Positions 39,286 to 50,029 of a stretch of 64,000 nt of DNA are shown piece after piece; position 1 is the stretch's first letter; every line of letters starts with the position of its first letter. The position numbers were made by a program, and so were the translations under genes. The stretch comes from Octopus sinensis (lineage: Eukaryota), in NCBI RefSeq assembly GCF_006345805.1, contig NC_042999.1, forward strand, positions 114,576,001-114,640,000. Direction: 5' to 3'. The notes below the pieces were generated by a model. It did no database searches. It saw only the letters and a list, made by a program, of their open reading frames with translations, and was not told where the DNA came from.

Positions 39286-39459
39286 ATGGTCAGGCTCTTT
39301 TTCTGGCGCATTTCAGTCGGTCAGACATCCAAAAGTCCACTGGCAGCAGAACGCATCTATCACGGTCTTAATATCTTTGCAATGTCAGAACAAGGTATCG
39401 GAAGCAAAGATGTTGATCTCATCCCTGCAATCACTCATCACCTTAAGGAACACGGATAA
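39286..39459 (+). CDS. Small ORF or candidate exon (MVRLFFWRISVGQTSKSPLAAERIYHGLNIFAMSEQGIGSKDVDLIPAITHHLKEHG)
   Basis: Protein-like composition. Internal acceptor TTTCAG| at 39317 and donor AAG|GTATCG at 39394/5 would give a symmetric 78-nt exon. No homology recognised. Confidence 0.22.
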   Translation: MVRLFFWRISVGQTSKSPLAAERIYHGLNIFAMSEQGIGSKDVDLIPAITHHLKEHG

Positions 39460-39538
39460 AATTAATACAAATGAAATTAAGTGAAATGAAGTTTTAATAC
39501 AAAACTGAGGTTTGGTGATATATCTAAGGATTTCAGGT

Positions 39539-39591
<53 letters not shown>

Positions 39592-39595
39592 CAAA

Positions 39596-39753
39596 TAAAT
39601 AAATAAATAACAGACGATGGATGAATGTCAGTTCATTACATCTATTTCTAACGCATTTTAAATAGATGAATGTACTCATTCATTTATTCAAAATGCTTTA
39701 GGAACAGCTTTAATAAACTGGCATGTATCCGTCGTCTGCTATTTATTTATTTG
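39596..39753. mobile_element. Small MITE-like foldback
   Basis: About 45-bp imperfect inverted arms AAATAAATAAATA(A/G)CAGACGA(T/C)GGAT..ATG(T/C)CAGTT. Confidence 0.6.
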
Positions 39754-39974
39754 CTTATAATACACCAAAAGAGATTCAGGACCTGTCAAACATTCTAGGG
39801 TATATCAAATACCGTGTGATCAACACAACGTGCACTTTCAACCAGCCCCTAGGCGTTAAATACTCGGAAGGGTTGAATTCTCCGTGTGCACAACCTGAAT
39901 ATTGTACTGGATGAACTTCAGTACCCAGTATATTTATTCGACTAAAAGCGGTGCTTGCAAGTTATACATACATA

Positions 39975-40180
39975 AATGTGACCTCGTGTGTACCGTTGGC
40001 GATTTTTTTTCCTCTGTCTTCCCTTCTCTGGATCTTTCCTTCTCCCATGTTTCCGACGAAGAGCTCCGCTCGAAACGTTAAACCCTCCTTCTTTCCTTTT
40101 TTCCTGAGCGTCCAATAATACTATATTTGTTCCACGTCCTCGCGTTGTTGTGTTTTTTTGTGCTTTCTTGTTTGAATTAA
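39975..40180 (+). mobile_element. Penelope-pLTR/retrozyme-like repeat family P2, with hammerhead
   Basis: Homologous to 40202-40360, 40658-40767 and 53877-54085 (all minus); the 3' end TTCTTGTTTG(G/A)ATTAAC abuts (TA)n. Confidence 0.75.
40049..40083 (+). ncRNA. Minimal type-I hammerhead ribozyme motif (family H2)
   Basis: GTTT-CCGACGA-A-GAGC(TCC)GCTC-GAAA-C|GTT-AAAC: stem I 4 bp, stem II 4 bp, palindromic AACGTT stem III (dimeric type), GUU triplet. U4C variant here; canonical CTGACGA in the copy at 40314-40320 (minus). Confidence 0.7.
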
Positions 40181-40201
40181 CTATATATATATATATATAT
40201 A

Positions 40202-40625
40202 GTTAATCCAAACATGAACAAAGAGAAAACACAACAACGCGAGGATATGGAACAGTTATAGTGTTATTGGACACTCAGGAAAGGAAAGAAAGAAGGATTT
40301 CGAGCGGAGCGCTTCGTCAGAAACATAGAAAAAGGAAAGGTCCAAGGAAGGGAAGACGGAGAAAGAAAATCCTGTAAATGGTGGCGACAAAAAGAGAAAA
40401 GTGGAAATAGAAGAAAGAAAATCCTGTAAATGGTGGCGACAAAAAGAGAAAAGTGGAAATAGAAGAAAGAAGAAAGGTAAAAAGTGGACGAGAAAAAGTG
40501 GAAGAGTCACGGACAAATTTTTGATGATTTCCAATCACGATTAGAGTGGCGGACTCCGGATGAATGGTAACAGTAATCCGCAGGTGTAAGAATTCCAGGA
40601 ATTGGTTACCCAAGTCAGTCAGGAG
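40202..40625 (-). mobile_element. Family P2 copy, longer, inverted relative to 39975-40180
   Basis: Shares the (TA)n axis at about 40182-40201; canonical CUGACGA core but stem III deleted; about 51-bp tandem duplication near 40360-40465. Confidence 0.75.
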
Positions 40626-40657
40626 GCCGGGGTCCGTGTGAGTGTGTGGTATATATA

Positions 40658-40764
40658 ATTAATCCAAACATGAACAAAGAGAACGTGGAACAAGTATAGT
40701 GTTATTGGACGCCCAGGAAAGGAAAGAAAGAAGGAGAATTTAACGTTTCGAACGGACTTCTTCG

Positions 40765-40767
<3 letters not shown>
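40658..40767 (-). mobile_element. Family P2 3' fragment between microsatellites
   Basis: TGACGAAGAAGTCCGTTCGAAACGTTAA on the minus strand, cut off by (TA)n. Confidence 0.7.
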
Positions 40768-40834
<67 letters not shown>

Positions 40835-40884
40835 GTGCGTACGTACGTGTGTATGTATGTTTGTATGTGTGCATGTATGTATGT

Positions 40885-41154
40885 ACCCTGTTACTTCCTC
40901 TTACTTCTGTCATTTGACTCACTCAAGTCTGGTACTTCTTCTATTGGTCTTTTTTTAGCAAGCCGCTAAGTCAAAGGGACGTAAACAAATACTGGTTGTC
41001 AAGCGATGTGAAGACAAACACGAAAACATGCGCTCGCATCCTTCCATCCATCCATCCATCTATCCATCCATCCATACATACATACATACATACATACATA
41101 CATACATACATACATACACACATACATACATATGTATATATATACATACGTACG

Positions 41155-41185
<31 letters not shown>

Positions 41186-41470
41186 GTACATATATACATA
41201 CGTACGTATATACATACATACATACATACATACATACATACATACATACAAACATACATACATACATACATACATACATACATACATACATACATACATA
41301 CTACATACATACATACATACATAAGACAGGCTTCCACACAAATCTCGCCTACCAAACTCACTCACACGCCACTGATCAGTCAGGTTCTGTAGCAGAAGGC
41401 ACTTCACCAAAGTGCCGCGTAGTGAGACTGAACCTAAAATCATGTGATTGCAAAGTGAACATCTTAACCT
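40885..41470 (-). mobile_element. SINE family B, old copy with about 290-bp internal (CATA)n/(CATC)n expansion
   Basis: 3' half about 40885-41030, 5' half about 41325-41470. Confidence 0.7.
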
Positions 41471-41505
41471 ATGTCCTACACACACACACACACATGTATG
41501 TATCT

Positions 41506-41840
41506 GAAGGCTCGTGACTCAATGGTTAGAGCGTCGGGCTCACAATTATGAGGTAGTTCGATCTCGGAACCGGGCTCTGTGTTGTGTTCTTGAGCAAGAC
41601 ACTTTATTTCACGTCGCTCCAGTTCACTCAGCTGTGGAAATGAGTTGCGACGTCACTGGTGCCAAGCTGTATCGGCCTTTGCCTTTCCTTTGGGTAACAT
41701 CGGTGAAGTGAGGAGGGGAGGCTGATATGCATGATCGACTGCTGGTCATCGATAAACGACCTTGCCCAGACTTGTGCCTCGGAGGGGAACTCTCTAGGTG
41801 AAATCCCATGGTCATTCATGACTGGAGGGGGTCTTTATTG
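41506..41840 (+). mobile_element. SINE family C, full length
   Basis: GAAGGCTCGTGACTCAATGGTTAGAGCGTCGGGCTCAC..GTTCGATC head, CTTGAGCAAGACAC, 3' GGAGGGGGTCTTTA. Confidence 0.85.
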
Positions 41841-44807
41841 TTTGTTTGTTTGTACGTATGTATGTATTTGTGCTTTTGAGTATATGTGTGTAGAGTATAC
41901 ATTTGCCCATATGTAAATGTATAGGCGCACAGAAAAACTACTATCGCATATATTTAGAAAACAACCCCACAATTGTAGTAATCAAATCTGTATAGAAAAA
42001 TATTTCATATTGAGAAATATACCACAGCAAAGCTATCTGTATATACTACAACTGACCAGCGTGTATACTGTCTGGTGTTGTCCTATACAATAATAAGTAC
42101 TGTAAGAAACTATTTTGATCCGTATATACATTGTGTGTGACATGTAAGAGTGTATACATGTGAATATCTACAGTTATCCGCCTGCTTTGTATCTGTATAC
42201 ACCATAATCCAGTCACTTAAATGTATATAGAAATATATGTGTAGTTGTGTATGTATTCCTAGTGTTTCCCTGTGTATCTATGTGTTTGTTTGTTAATGCA
42301 TGAACATGTGCGTGTGTGTGTTTATGTATATATGTGCACGTAAATGTATATGTATTAGATGAGTGTATTTGTCTATGCATGTATGTTTGATGTATGTAAG
42401 TGGCTGTGTATGTATGTAGGAAAGTGTGAGCGTTTACGTGTGTATGTGTATATGCATGTATATGTACGTGCGTATGTGGGTCTCTGTGTGTATGTGATTA
42501 TGTATGTATTTACATACGTATATATGCATGCATGTATTATAAAATGTGCGTACATGTATGTGTTCGTTGTGCGTAGTTGTATACCTAATGTGTATAATAT
42601 GAGAGCGTATAGTATAATAATGTATACTGTGAGAGGTCACTTCTTCTCCATAACTAAATTAAGTGAGTCGTGTCAATAAGCAAACCAACAATCAAAGTTC
42701 CGAATGAATTTCAAATTGAGTCTAAACTAGCATGCCATTTAGTCCGGCCTCAGAAATGATGGATGTGGCATTATTGAATAGAATGAGGCACTCAGCTGTG
42801 AGTTATTGTCGTTAAATCAATGAACAGAAATACCGTTTTCGACACTATGCTCGGTTGGTCGATCATGATCTCCTCGGAAACTCCTTCTGATTGCCTACTA
42901 GTTCTTCTTAGGCGAAATAATTTAGGAATTATTTATTACCGATTCTCTGTGTCAGAACTGAGGTCATTTTCATTAAGGACTGATCAATTTAAGTAGAAGA
43001 TACTAAGAAATCATTTGTTATACTGAAATGCTATTGTTCGCTGATAACGATGGCAAAATGGTGAAATTCTGTTCACAGATAAGCAAAGCATAGGGACGGT
43101 CGAAGGTAGTGAGAGTGTGAAATATTTAGCGGGAAAAAATATATTATCGATCATTTAGTAATGGTTGGATAAACGGGGGACGATTAATCGATCACTGTTA
43201 CAGTAAGAACGCTTACGGCTTTCACTTATTCACCGTGCATGTCTTAACAAGCATTTCTCGAGTTTTGTCGAAGAAACAAATAAAGGAACGATTAATTTAG
43301 ACGGAGCAGCCATCCACTTTTTAACAAGTGGTTCATTTCAGTGAGTATTCAAGAAACAAACACAAAACAACAATTTGCACGTCAGCACCGTTCCTCTGAA
43401 TTGCCATCAAACTTCCCTGCTACACTTGAGTCTGAGTATGGTGGAGAGTGACGTCTGCAGGACTTGTGCAGTCCACTACACCGGTCCATAATATGAATGA
43501 TGCCCTGTGACGCACTGGTGCAGACCACCACGCCAGGCCGATGATGTTCCAAGACGCTGCTGCGACCACGACGTGAGGATGGGTCGAATTTATGTAATGC
43601 GTTCCAACGACTCATGAGAGATCCTGTCTCCGAGTCAATGAGAGAGCCTTAGCTGTTGCTTAACTTACAAGAAACAGCAATCAAATATCCCTCAATTCAT
43701 ACCCTGACGTCTTAAAAAGGAAAGGATATCTTACATAATGTAATCCATGTCTGGCAAAAAGAAAACAGATAGGATGGTCATAATTGGAGCATCTAGTTGT
43801 TGTTCCCGATGCATTACACTTTTCTTTATCCCTTTATATATTTTTTTAATCACAGAAAAGTAAATGGAACAGATTCAAAATAATCTGACTTTTGCAACTT
43901 ACACATATTCTTTATCCTAAGAAATGAGTAAACTATTGCAGCATAAAACACAACATACAGATCTGCACATCCACCGACTCCAGATACTTGCACATATACA
44001 CTTACATGTACAAGCTCTTTGTTGATGTTGAAATTTCAGTGAAGGAGCATTGCATCTAGATTAGAAACCAGCTCTTTCTCCGTTGGCAAGAAAACTAGAA
44101 ATAAAACTAAATAATTACATACATACGTACATATGCCCGTATGTACGTACGTGCGTTTGTATGTATGCATGTATGTATGTATGTATGTATGTATGTATGT
44201 ATGTATGTATATATGTATGTATATGTGAGGAGAGATAATAATACAAGAGAAAGATATAGTTGACAGAGAGTAAAGGAAATATACGGCAGAGATACTTCAT
44301 AAATTTTTGTGGTAATATTGTGAGTAAGTAATCCAATAGGAAAACTTGTTTCTAAATCATTTTGAAGTGTACCAAGAAATTAAAGACTGTAATAAAATAT
44401 AGATTTTTTTTTCGTCCGATCCCCAAATAATGATTAACGAAGTAAAAATGGTTGCAAGATTTTAAAAAATTACTCTGGCCAGAAAAAATACGAAAAAATA
44501 AATGAATTGTGTACTTTTCAAATATGTTATGCTTTATATTCCCGCATGGAAATATTCACCGATAAAAAATCTTTAGATTAAAAAAATATATGGACTGTAA
44601 ATTACTAAGAGTGAGAAAACATAAACGCTTATAGAATTGCTAAAAGGGAAACGGAGGAAATACTATTTGGTTTGCTATATTTTAAATCTCATTGAACTGG
44701 TGAAACTGTTGTCTGATAAGTGGTTATTGATAAAAATATATCATCGAGGAAATTTCAAATTTTGAAACGGGCTTGTTTTTTTGGGTGTCGGCATGTATGT
44801 ATGTATG

Positions 44808-44871
<64 letters not shown>

Positions 44872-45139
44872 ATATTTGTGTGTGTGTGTGTGTATTTATG
44901 CATCAATATATATATTTATGTGTGTATATGTATGTATAAACGCATATATTATATATATATATATATATATGTATATGTATGTATGAGTGTTTAGTAGTAG
45001 AAGAAGCAGGATAAATGGAACTTAATACATAAATTATTTTCTATAGGAATTGGTATACAACTTGCAAAACAAATACTTCTTACCAACTTAGACCACTCTA
45101 AGAAAGACGAAAACACCGGAAGACAAAAGCAGATGAAAA

Positions 45140-45350
45140 ATGTTTCCAAATGCCAATATAAACTGTAAATAGAAATCTGATCTATAACATCAAGTATCCG
45201 AATTGCAATAAAATGTATCTTGGGCCAGATGGGAAACTCAATATCGGAACACACGCGAGTAGACCGGCAATGGCTTAATCCAGCAGATTCCATTAAGTAA
45301 TCATTTAGCAACATCTGTCATAAAGTTTTTAAATATTTTCATTTTACAAT
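45140..45350 (+). pseudogene. Penelope-like GIY-YIG endonuclease remnant
   Basis: NINCK/RNLIYNIKYPNCNKMYLG/QMGNSISEHTR with frameshifts; matches the PLE pattern NC...NLIY.I.C..C...YIGQT. Confidence 0.65.
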
Positions 45351-45600
45351 AGGTGGTAAGCTAGTAGAACTGTTAGCACGCCAAGATCGTCTTTGTTTTT
45401 CCAACTTTTGAGGTCGATAAAATAATACAAGTCGAGTACTGGGGACGTCGTAATCAACACACGAACTCACATAAAGAATCTTGCAAACCAAATCCAAAAA
45501 CGAAATTTGAAACTAATGTTTTCATTTTAAGAACTTATTTAGTTGTGCCTATTGTTGTTATTGTTGTAGTTATTATTATGGAAGTTCACGTTGTTGTTAT

Positions 45601-48190
45601 GCCTAGTGTGCCATATATTTGGGGTTTGTTTTGGTGTTGTACTAGTGAATGTCTAATACATTAAAAAAAAAGTTTGTTTTAAACCTTGGGATTACATAGA
45701 GAGTATTTTGCGTAGGATATGAGCAGTTCCCATGAGCACTATCTTTTGAATTTCTGCCATTTTGGGGTTTCCTGGTATTTGAGTTAGGTAGGAATCAGTC
45801 CCTTTCGCTATCATTCCCAGAGCACCTATGACAACAGGTATTGTTTTAGTCTTCAGCTTCCACATTTTGCTGATTTCTATTTCAAGATCTTTATATTTGC
45901 TCAGTTTTTGGTAGGTCTTGACAGATACGTTTATATCGATTGGAACAGTCATATCAATGAGGAGGCATGTTCTTTGTCTGAAGTCTTTCAATATGATGTC
46001 TGGCCTATTTGCATCTATCTTTCGGTCAGTTTGAATGGGGAAGTTCCAGAGGAGTGAGATGTGGTCATTTTCAAGCACTGGAGGTGGATTGTGTTCCCAC
46101 CAGTTTTTTTCATGGGGCAAATCCAGGTTTTTGCAAATTACCCAGTGAATATATTGTGAAGCTCTATCGTGTCTGTTGAGGTACTCTGTAGGCGCTAGAA
46201 GACTGCACTTGGAGACCACATGGTCAATGGTTTCATTGTGTTGCTGGCATATACGACATGTTGGGCTACTGCCATTCTTTAATATGTTGGCCTGGTAGTT
46301 TCTTGTTGGTAGGCATTGATCTTGAGCTGCTATGATAAACCCCTCTCTTTCAGATTTTAAGCCAGAGGCCATTGGCCATTGATGGGTCAGGGCTTTGTCA
46401 ATATCTGCATTATTCGCTCTCTTTGGGTATTTGCCATAGAGAGGTTTTTCTTGCCATTTATTATTCAGAATATCTAAGGCCGCAGTTTTGGCACGAGTTT
46501 TCATGCGCCTAGCTTTTTCTGTGCTTGTTTCTTGTATGTCTATCTCTAATTCCGAAATTGGTTGTATTCGGAATTCACTTAGATATTCCTTTGCCTGTTT
46601 TGTTACTGAGTATGATGCTTTCTTGTTTTCATGTTTTGAGACAAGTTTTAACATCCAGTCCTCAGAGTTTTTCAGGTAGGTGTCTAGGCCAATTGTAGCA
46701 ATCTTCATTGTTATTGCCAGTTGCAAAAGAACACGACCTCTCTCTTTTCTTGGCAGATAAAGTCGTTCTGTATCTGCCTTAGGGTGGTGCATTCTATGCA
46801 TTGTCAACAGTTTTCTTATTTTTCTGTCGAGCTGACATATTTCAGTAATTGACCAGTTAACGATATTGAAACTGTAAGTCACGACTGGTATGCCTAATGC
46901 ATTGATCGCTTCGATCCTGTTTCTGGCATTCAGCTCTGTCTTGAGTATTGCTCTCACTCTTCGATAGCATTCTCTCCTGATCCTTTCCTTCATCTCTGAA
47001 TGCCTTATTCCGTTCCCTTCAATTACACCTAGGTACTTGTAGCTCTCCGCTGGGTCTAGTTCTTTTATGACATTCTGCTGGTCAAGGTTAACGTTAGATG
47101 TTTCTGTCATTTTTCCTTTGATAAAGGTAGCTTTTGCACATTTATCGAGGCCGAATTGCATTCTGATGTCGTCACTGAATTGTTTGACTATCGCTAGTAA
47201 GCCCTTGAGTTGTTGGTCATTTTTTGCAAAGAGCTTTAAATCATCCATGTAAATGAGATGATTTATACTTTTATCAAACATTTTATACCCGTACTGCGCG
47301 TCATTGAGCAGTTTTGAGAGCGGTATTAAAGCTAAACAAAAGAGGAGTGGTGACAGTGAGTCACCCTGGAAAATGCCACACGAAATTTTTACATCATCAG
47401 CATTTAGGAATTCATTGTCACTGTTCAGAGTTAGTGTGGTTCTCCATGATCTCATACTTACAGTCAAAACGTTTCGCAGAGTAGGTGCTATCTTATACAT
47501 TTCCAGGCATTTCCTAATCCAGCTATGTGGTAGGCTATCAAAAGCCTTTTTATAGTCTATCCAGGCTATTGATAAGTTTTTGTGTCGTTTGTGACAATCT
47601 TCTAAGATCATCTTATTGATGAGTAGTTGATCTTTACAGATGTAGGATCCACGTTTACATCCTTTCTGTTCATTAGGGAATATGCTGCTGTTTGTTAAAA
47701 AACTATAAGTATATTCTGTCAGGACAGATGTTAGCGTTTTGTACATAGTTGTTAAGCAGGTTATGGGTCTATAGTTTTTTGGTTCATTTGTTTCTTCACT
47801 TTTTGGAAGCAGGAATGTTAACCCATTAACTAGCCAAGGAGGCATCCTACTAGGGTGTTTCAAAACATCATTGTACAGTTCTGTTAGCAGTTCATGGCTC
47901 TCTGGGAAGGCATTCAGCCAGAAGTTAGGAATTTTATCCTTTCCTGGAGACTTCCATTTGCTTGACCTCCTGAGAGCAGATCTTATATCTTCTACCTTGA
48001 CACCCTCACACTTTTGCTCTTCTAAGGGGTCCAGTTCTGTAGATATTCTGTCAATCCAGGGGGCCTTTTCGTTGTGTGTTTTTTCTTCTGCCCAAATTTT
48101 ATTCCAAAATCCCTGCACTTCTTCTTTTGATGGTACAGACCTTGCAGTAAACGCTGTTTTCCCTATCTTCCTGTAAAAATTATTGGGGTT
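45601..48190 (-). mobile_element. R4/Dong-clade non-LTR retrotransposon, 5'-truncated, in a TAA/CAA tract
   Basis: Coding region plus about 90-bp 3'UTR ending GCACACTAGGC|ATAACAACAAC; the 5' junction is in (TAA)n at about 48191-48206. Confidence 0.95.
45692..48190 (-). CDS. Reverse transcriptase plus CCHC zinc finger plus restriction-like endonuclease (832 aa, N-terminally truncated)
   Basis: NYRPITCL, WIDYKKAFDS, QGDSLSP, YMDD, YKYLG, CRICQQHNETIDHVVSKC, RHD, RPD, K..KY. No stops or frameshifts. Confidence 0.95.
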   Translation of the reverse strand, partial: NPNNFYRKIGKTAFTARSVPSKEEVQGFWNKIWAEEKTHNEKAPWIDRISTELDPLEEQKCEGVKVEDIRSALRRSSKWKSPGKDKIPNFWLNAFPESHELLTELYNDVLKHPSRMPPWLVNGLTFLLPKSEETNEPKNYRPITCLTTMYKTLTSVLTEYTYSFLTNSSIFPNEQKGCKRGSYICKDQLLINKMILEDCHKRHKNLSIAWIDYKKAFDSLPHSWIRKCLEMYKIAPTLRNVLTVSMRSWRTTLTLNSDNEFLNADDVKISCGIFQGDSLSPLLFCLALIPLSKLLNDAQYGYKMFDKSINHLIYMDDLKLFAKNDQQLKGLLAIVKQFSDDIRMQFGLDKCAKATFIKGKMTETSNVNLDQQNVIKELDPAESYKYLGVIEGNGIRHSEMKERIRRECYRRVRAILKTELNARNRIEAINALGIPVVTYSFNIVNWSITEICQLDRKIRKLLTMHRMHHPKADTERLYLPRKERGRVLLQLAITMKIATIGLDTYLKNSEDWMLKLVSKHENKKASYSVTKQAKEYLSEFRIQPISELEIDIQETSTEKARRMKTRAKTAALDILNNKWQEKPLYGKYPKRANNADIDKALTHQWPMASGLKSEREGFIIAAQDQCLPTRNYQANILKNGSSPTCRICQQHNETIDHVVSKCSLLAPTEYLNRHDRASQYIHWVICKNLDLPHEKNWWEHNPPPVLENDHISLLWNFPIQTDRKIDANRPDIILKDFRQRTCLLIDMTVPIDINVSVKTYQKLSKYKDLEIEISKMWKLKTKTIPVVIGALGMIAKGTDSYLTQIPGNPKMAEIQKIVLMGTAHILRKILSM

Positions 48191-48208
48191 ATTATTATTA
48201 TTATTATA

Positions 48209-48595
48209 TAGGCGTAGGAGTGGCTGTGTGGTAAGTAGCTTGCTTACGAACCACATGGTTCCGGGTTCAGTCCCACTGCGTAGCATATTGTCTTCTACTA
48301 TATAACCTCGGGCCGACCAAAGCCTTGTGAGTGGATTTGGTAGACGGAAACTGAAAGAAGCCCGTCGTATATATATATATATATGTATGTGTGTATATGT
48401 TTGTGTGTCTGTTTGTCCCCCCAACATCGCTTGACAACCGATGCTGGTGTGTTTACGTCCCCGTAACTTAGCGGTTCGGCAAAAGAGGCCGATAGAATAA
48501 GTACTAGGCTTACTAAGTCCTGGGGTCGATTTGCTCGACTAAAGACGCTGCTCCAGCAGGATCACAGTCAAATGACTAACATAAGTACAAGAGAG
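48209..48595 (+). mobile_element. SINE family B, full length
   Basis: Near-consensus copy directly at the 5' junction of the R4/Dong element. Confidence 0.92.
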
Positions 48596-48639
48596 AGAGA
48601 GAGTAAAGAGAATACGAAAGCTATCTCCACTCGCAAATT

Positions 48640-48915
48640 TTTTGCGTTCTTGTCCCATTTTGTATTTTTTTATATATATATATATATACATAAAATACAA
48701 AATGGGACAAGAACGCAAAACATCCGGGCAACTAGGTGATACAAAAAGGAACAACAAAACATCCAGATACACGATACAAAAAAACAAAACAAGGACGGAT
48801 CATTCGAAGTTTTTTATCCTCAGTCAAGAACCGGATCATCCTCGCAATTTCGGCTGATTAATCTTGAGATTGCTCCAATCTGGCCAGCCCCAAGGAAAAA
48901 CTAAGCTAAGAGCTA
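48640..48915. mobile_element. Family P1 copy (minus, 48692-48915) with an inverted 29-bp end (48640-48668) across (TA)n
   Basis: TTTTGCGTTCTTGTCCCATTTTGTATTTT and AAAATACAAAATGGGACAAGAACGCAAAA are a perfect inverted pair. Confidence 0.75.
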
Positions 48916-49294
48916 ATTAATATTTAATTCCCTGTAAAGACTAAAATTCATGTCATCACGCAAACACATTGGATACACAAATCGACTTTTTCTCCTCAGT
49001 TAACCATTCACTTACCAACAGAGATACATCGTAATTCATTATAAAACTACACCAAATGAAATTAGATACAAAATCATTGGCAGATCATAGAATTCCACAA
49101 AAAAAAAATTACGATAACTATGGGCAGTTTATTACTAGCACAATACAAACCAAACACCAACACACAGATAGACCACAAGCAAAATAAAGCATGGACAGTA
49201 CAAGGACTTGAGTGATTAATAATTTTTAAATATGGCGTTGATGTTTGTTGTAAACAATTTCAATATTCCTTTGATATTTTGTTAATATCATGTT

Positions 49295-49333
49295 ATTCTG
49301 ATGATGAAGCCGAGAAGGTTTCAAAATGTTAAT
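49295..49333 (+). ncRNA. CpG-decayed minimal hammerhead motif
   Basis: ATT-CTGATGA-T-GAAGCC(GAGAA)GGTTTC-AAAA-T|GTT-AAT. Restoring two CpGs gives C-GAAA-C|GTT. Confidence 0.5.
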
Positions 49334-49563
49334 TTACTAATGGATTTAAGAATTCCATTGTTCTGAATGAAATATCATGGAAATATGGGTAAAGAAATCC
49401 TGATAAAAAGTCTTAATCTCGGACATACCAGTATCTTTAGTATAACGTCTATGAGAATAAAGCAGTTCCCTATTTCAGCATGTGCATACATTCCTGCGCA
49501 CGCACACGCACACACACACACACACACTCACATACACATACACGCATACACACACACGTGCGT

Positions 49564-49602
<39 letters not shown>

Positions 49603-49616
49603 TATATATATATATT

Positions 49617-49724
<108 letters not shown>

Positions 49725-49751
49725 GATATATATATTATATATATATATATA

Positions 49752-49799
<48 letters not shown>

Positions 49800-50029
49800 G
49801 AGCGCGTGTGTGTGTATATATACAGACATACCTATATAGATGAACAGTCCGATGAAGTCTAGCATGCCGAATCTCTGGAGTCACTGTCATCACTCTTATT
49901 GCAAAAATATAAATACACTTTCTACAAAAGATATTGAGTAATCCTTTAGTTTAATATGATATTATTATTTTTATTATAGTTCAGCATACAAACAAACATC
50001 AATACATGTGAGTGTGTGTGTGCGTGTAA

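Noticed and set aside
48191-48427. First 79 aa of the 911-aa ORF in the track
   Set aside because: Read-through into a (TAA)n junction and an antisense SINE B copy; not part of the retrotransposon protein.
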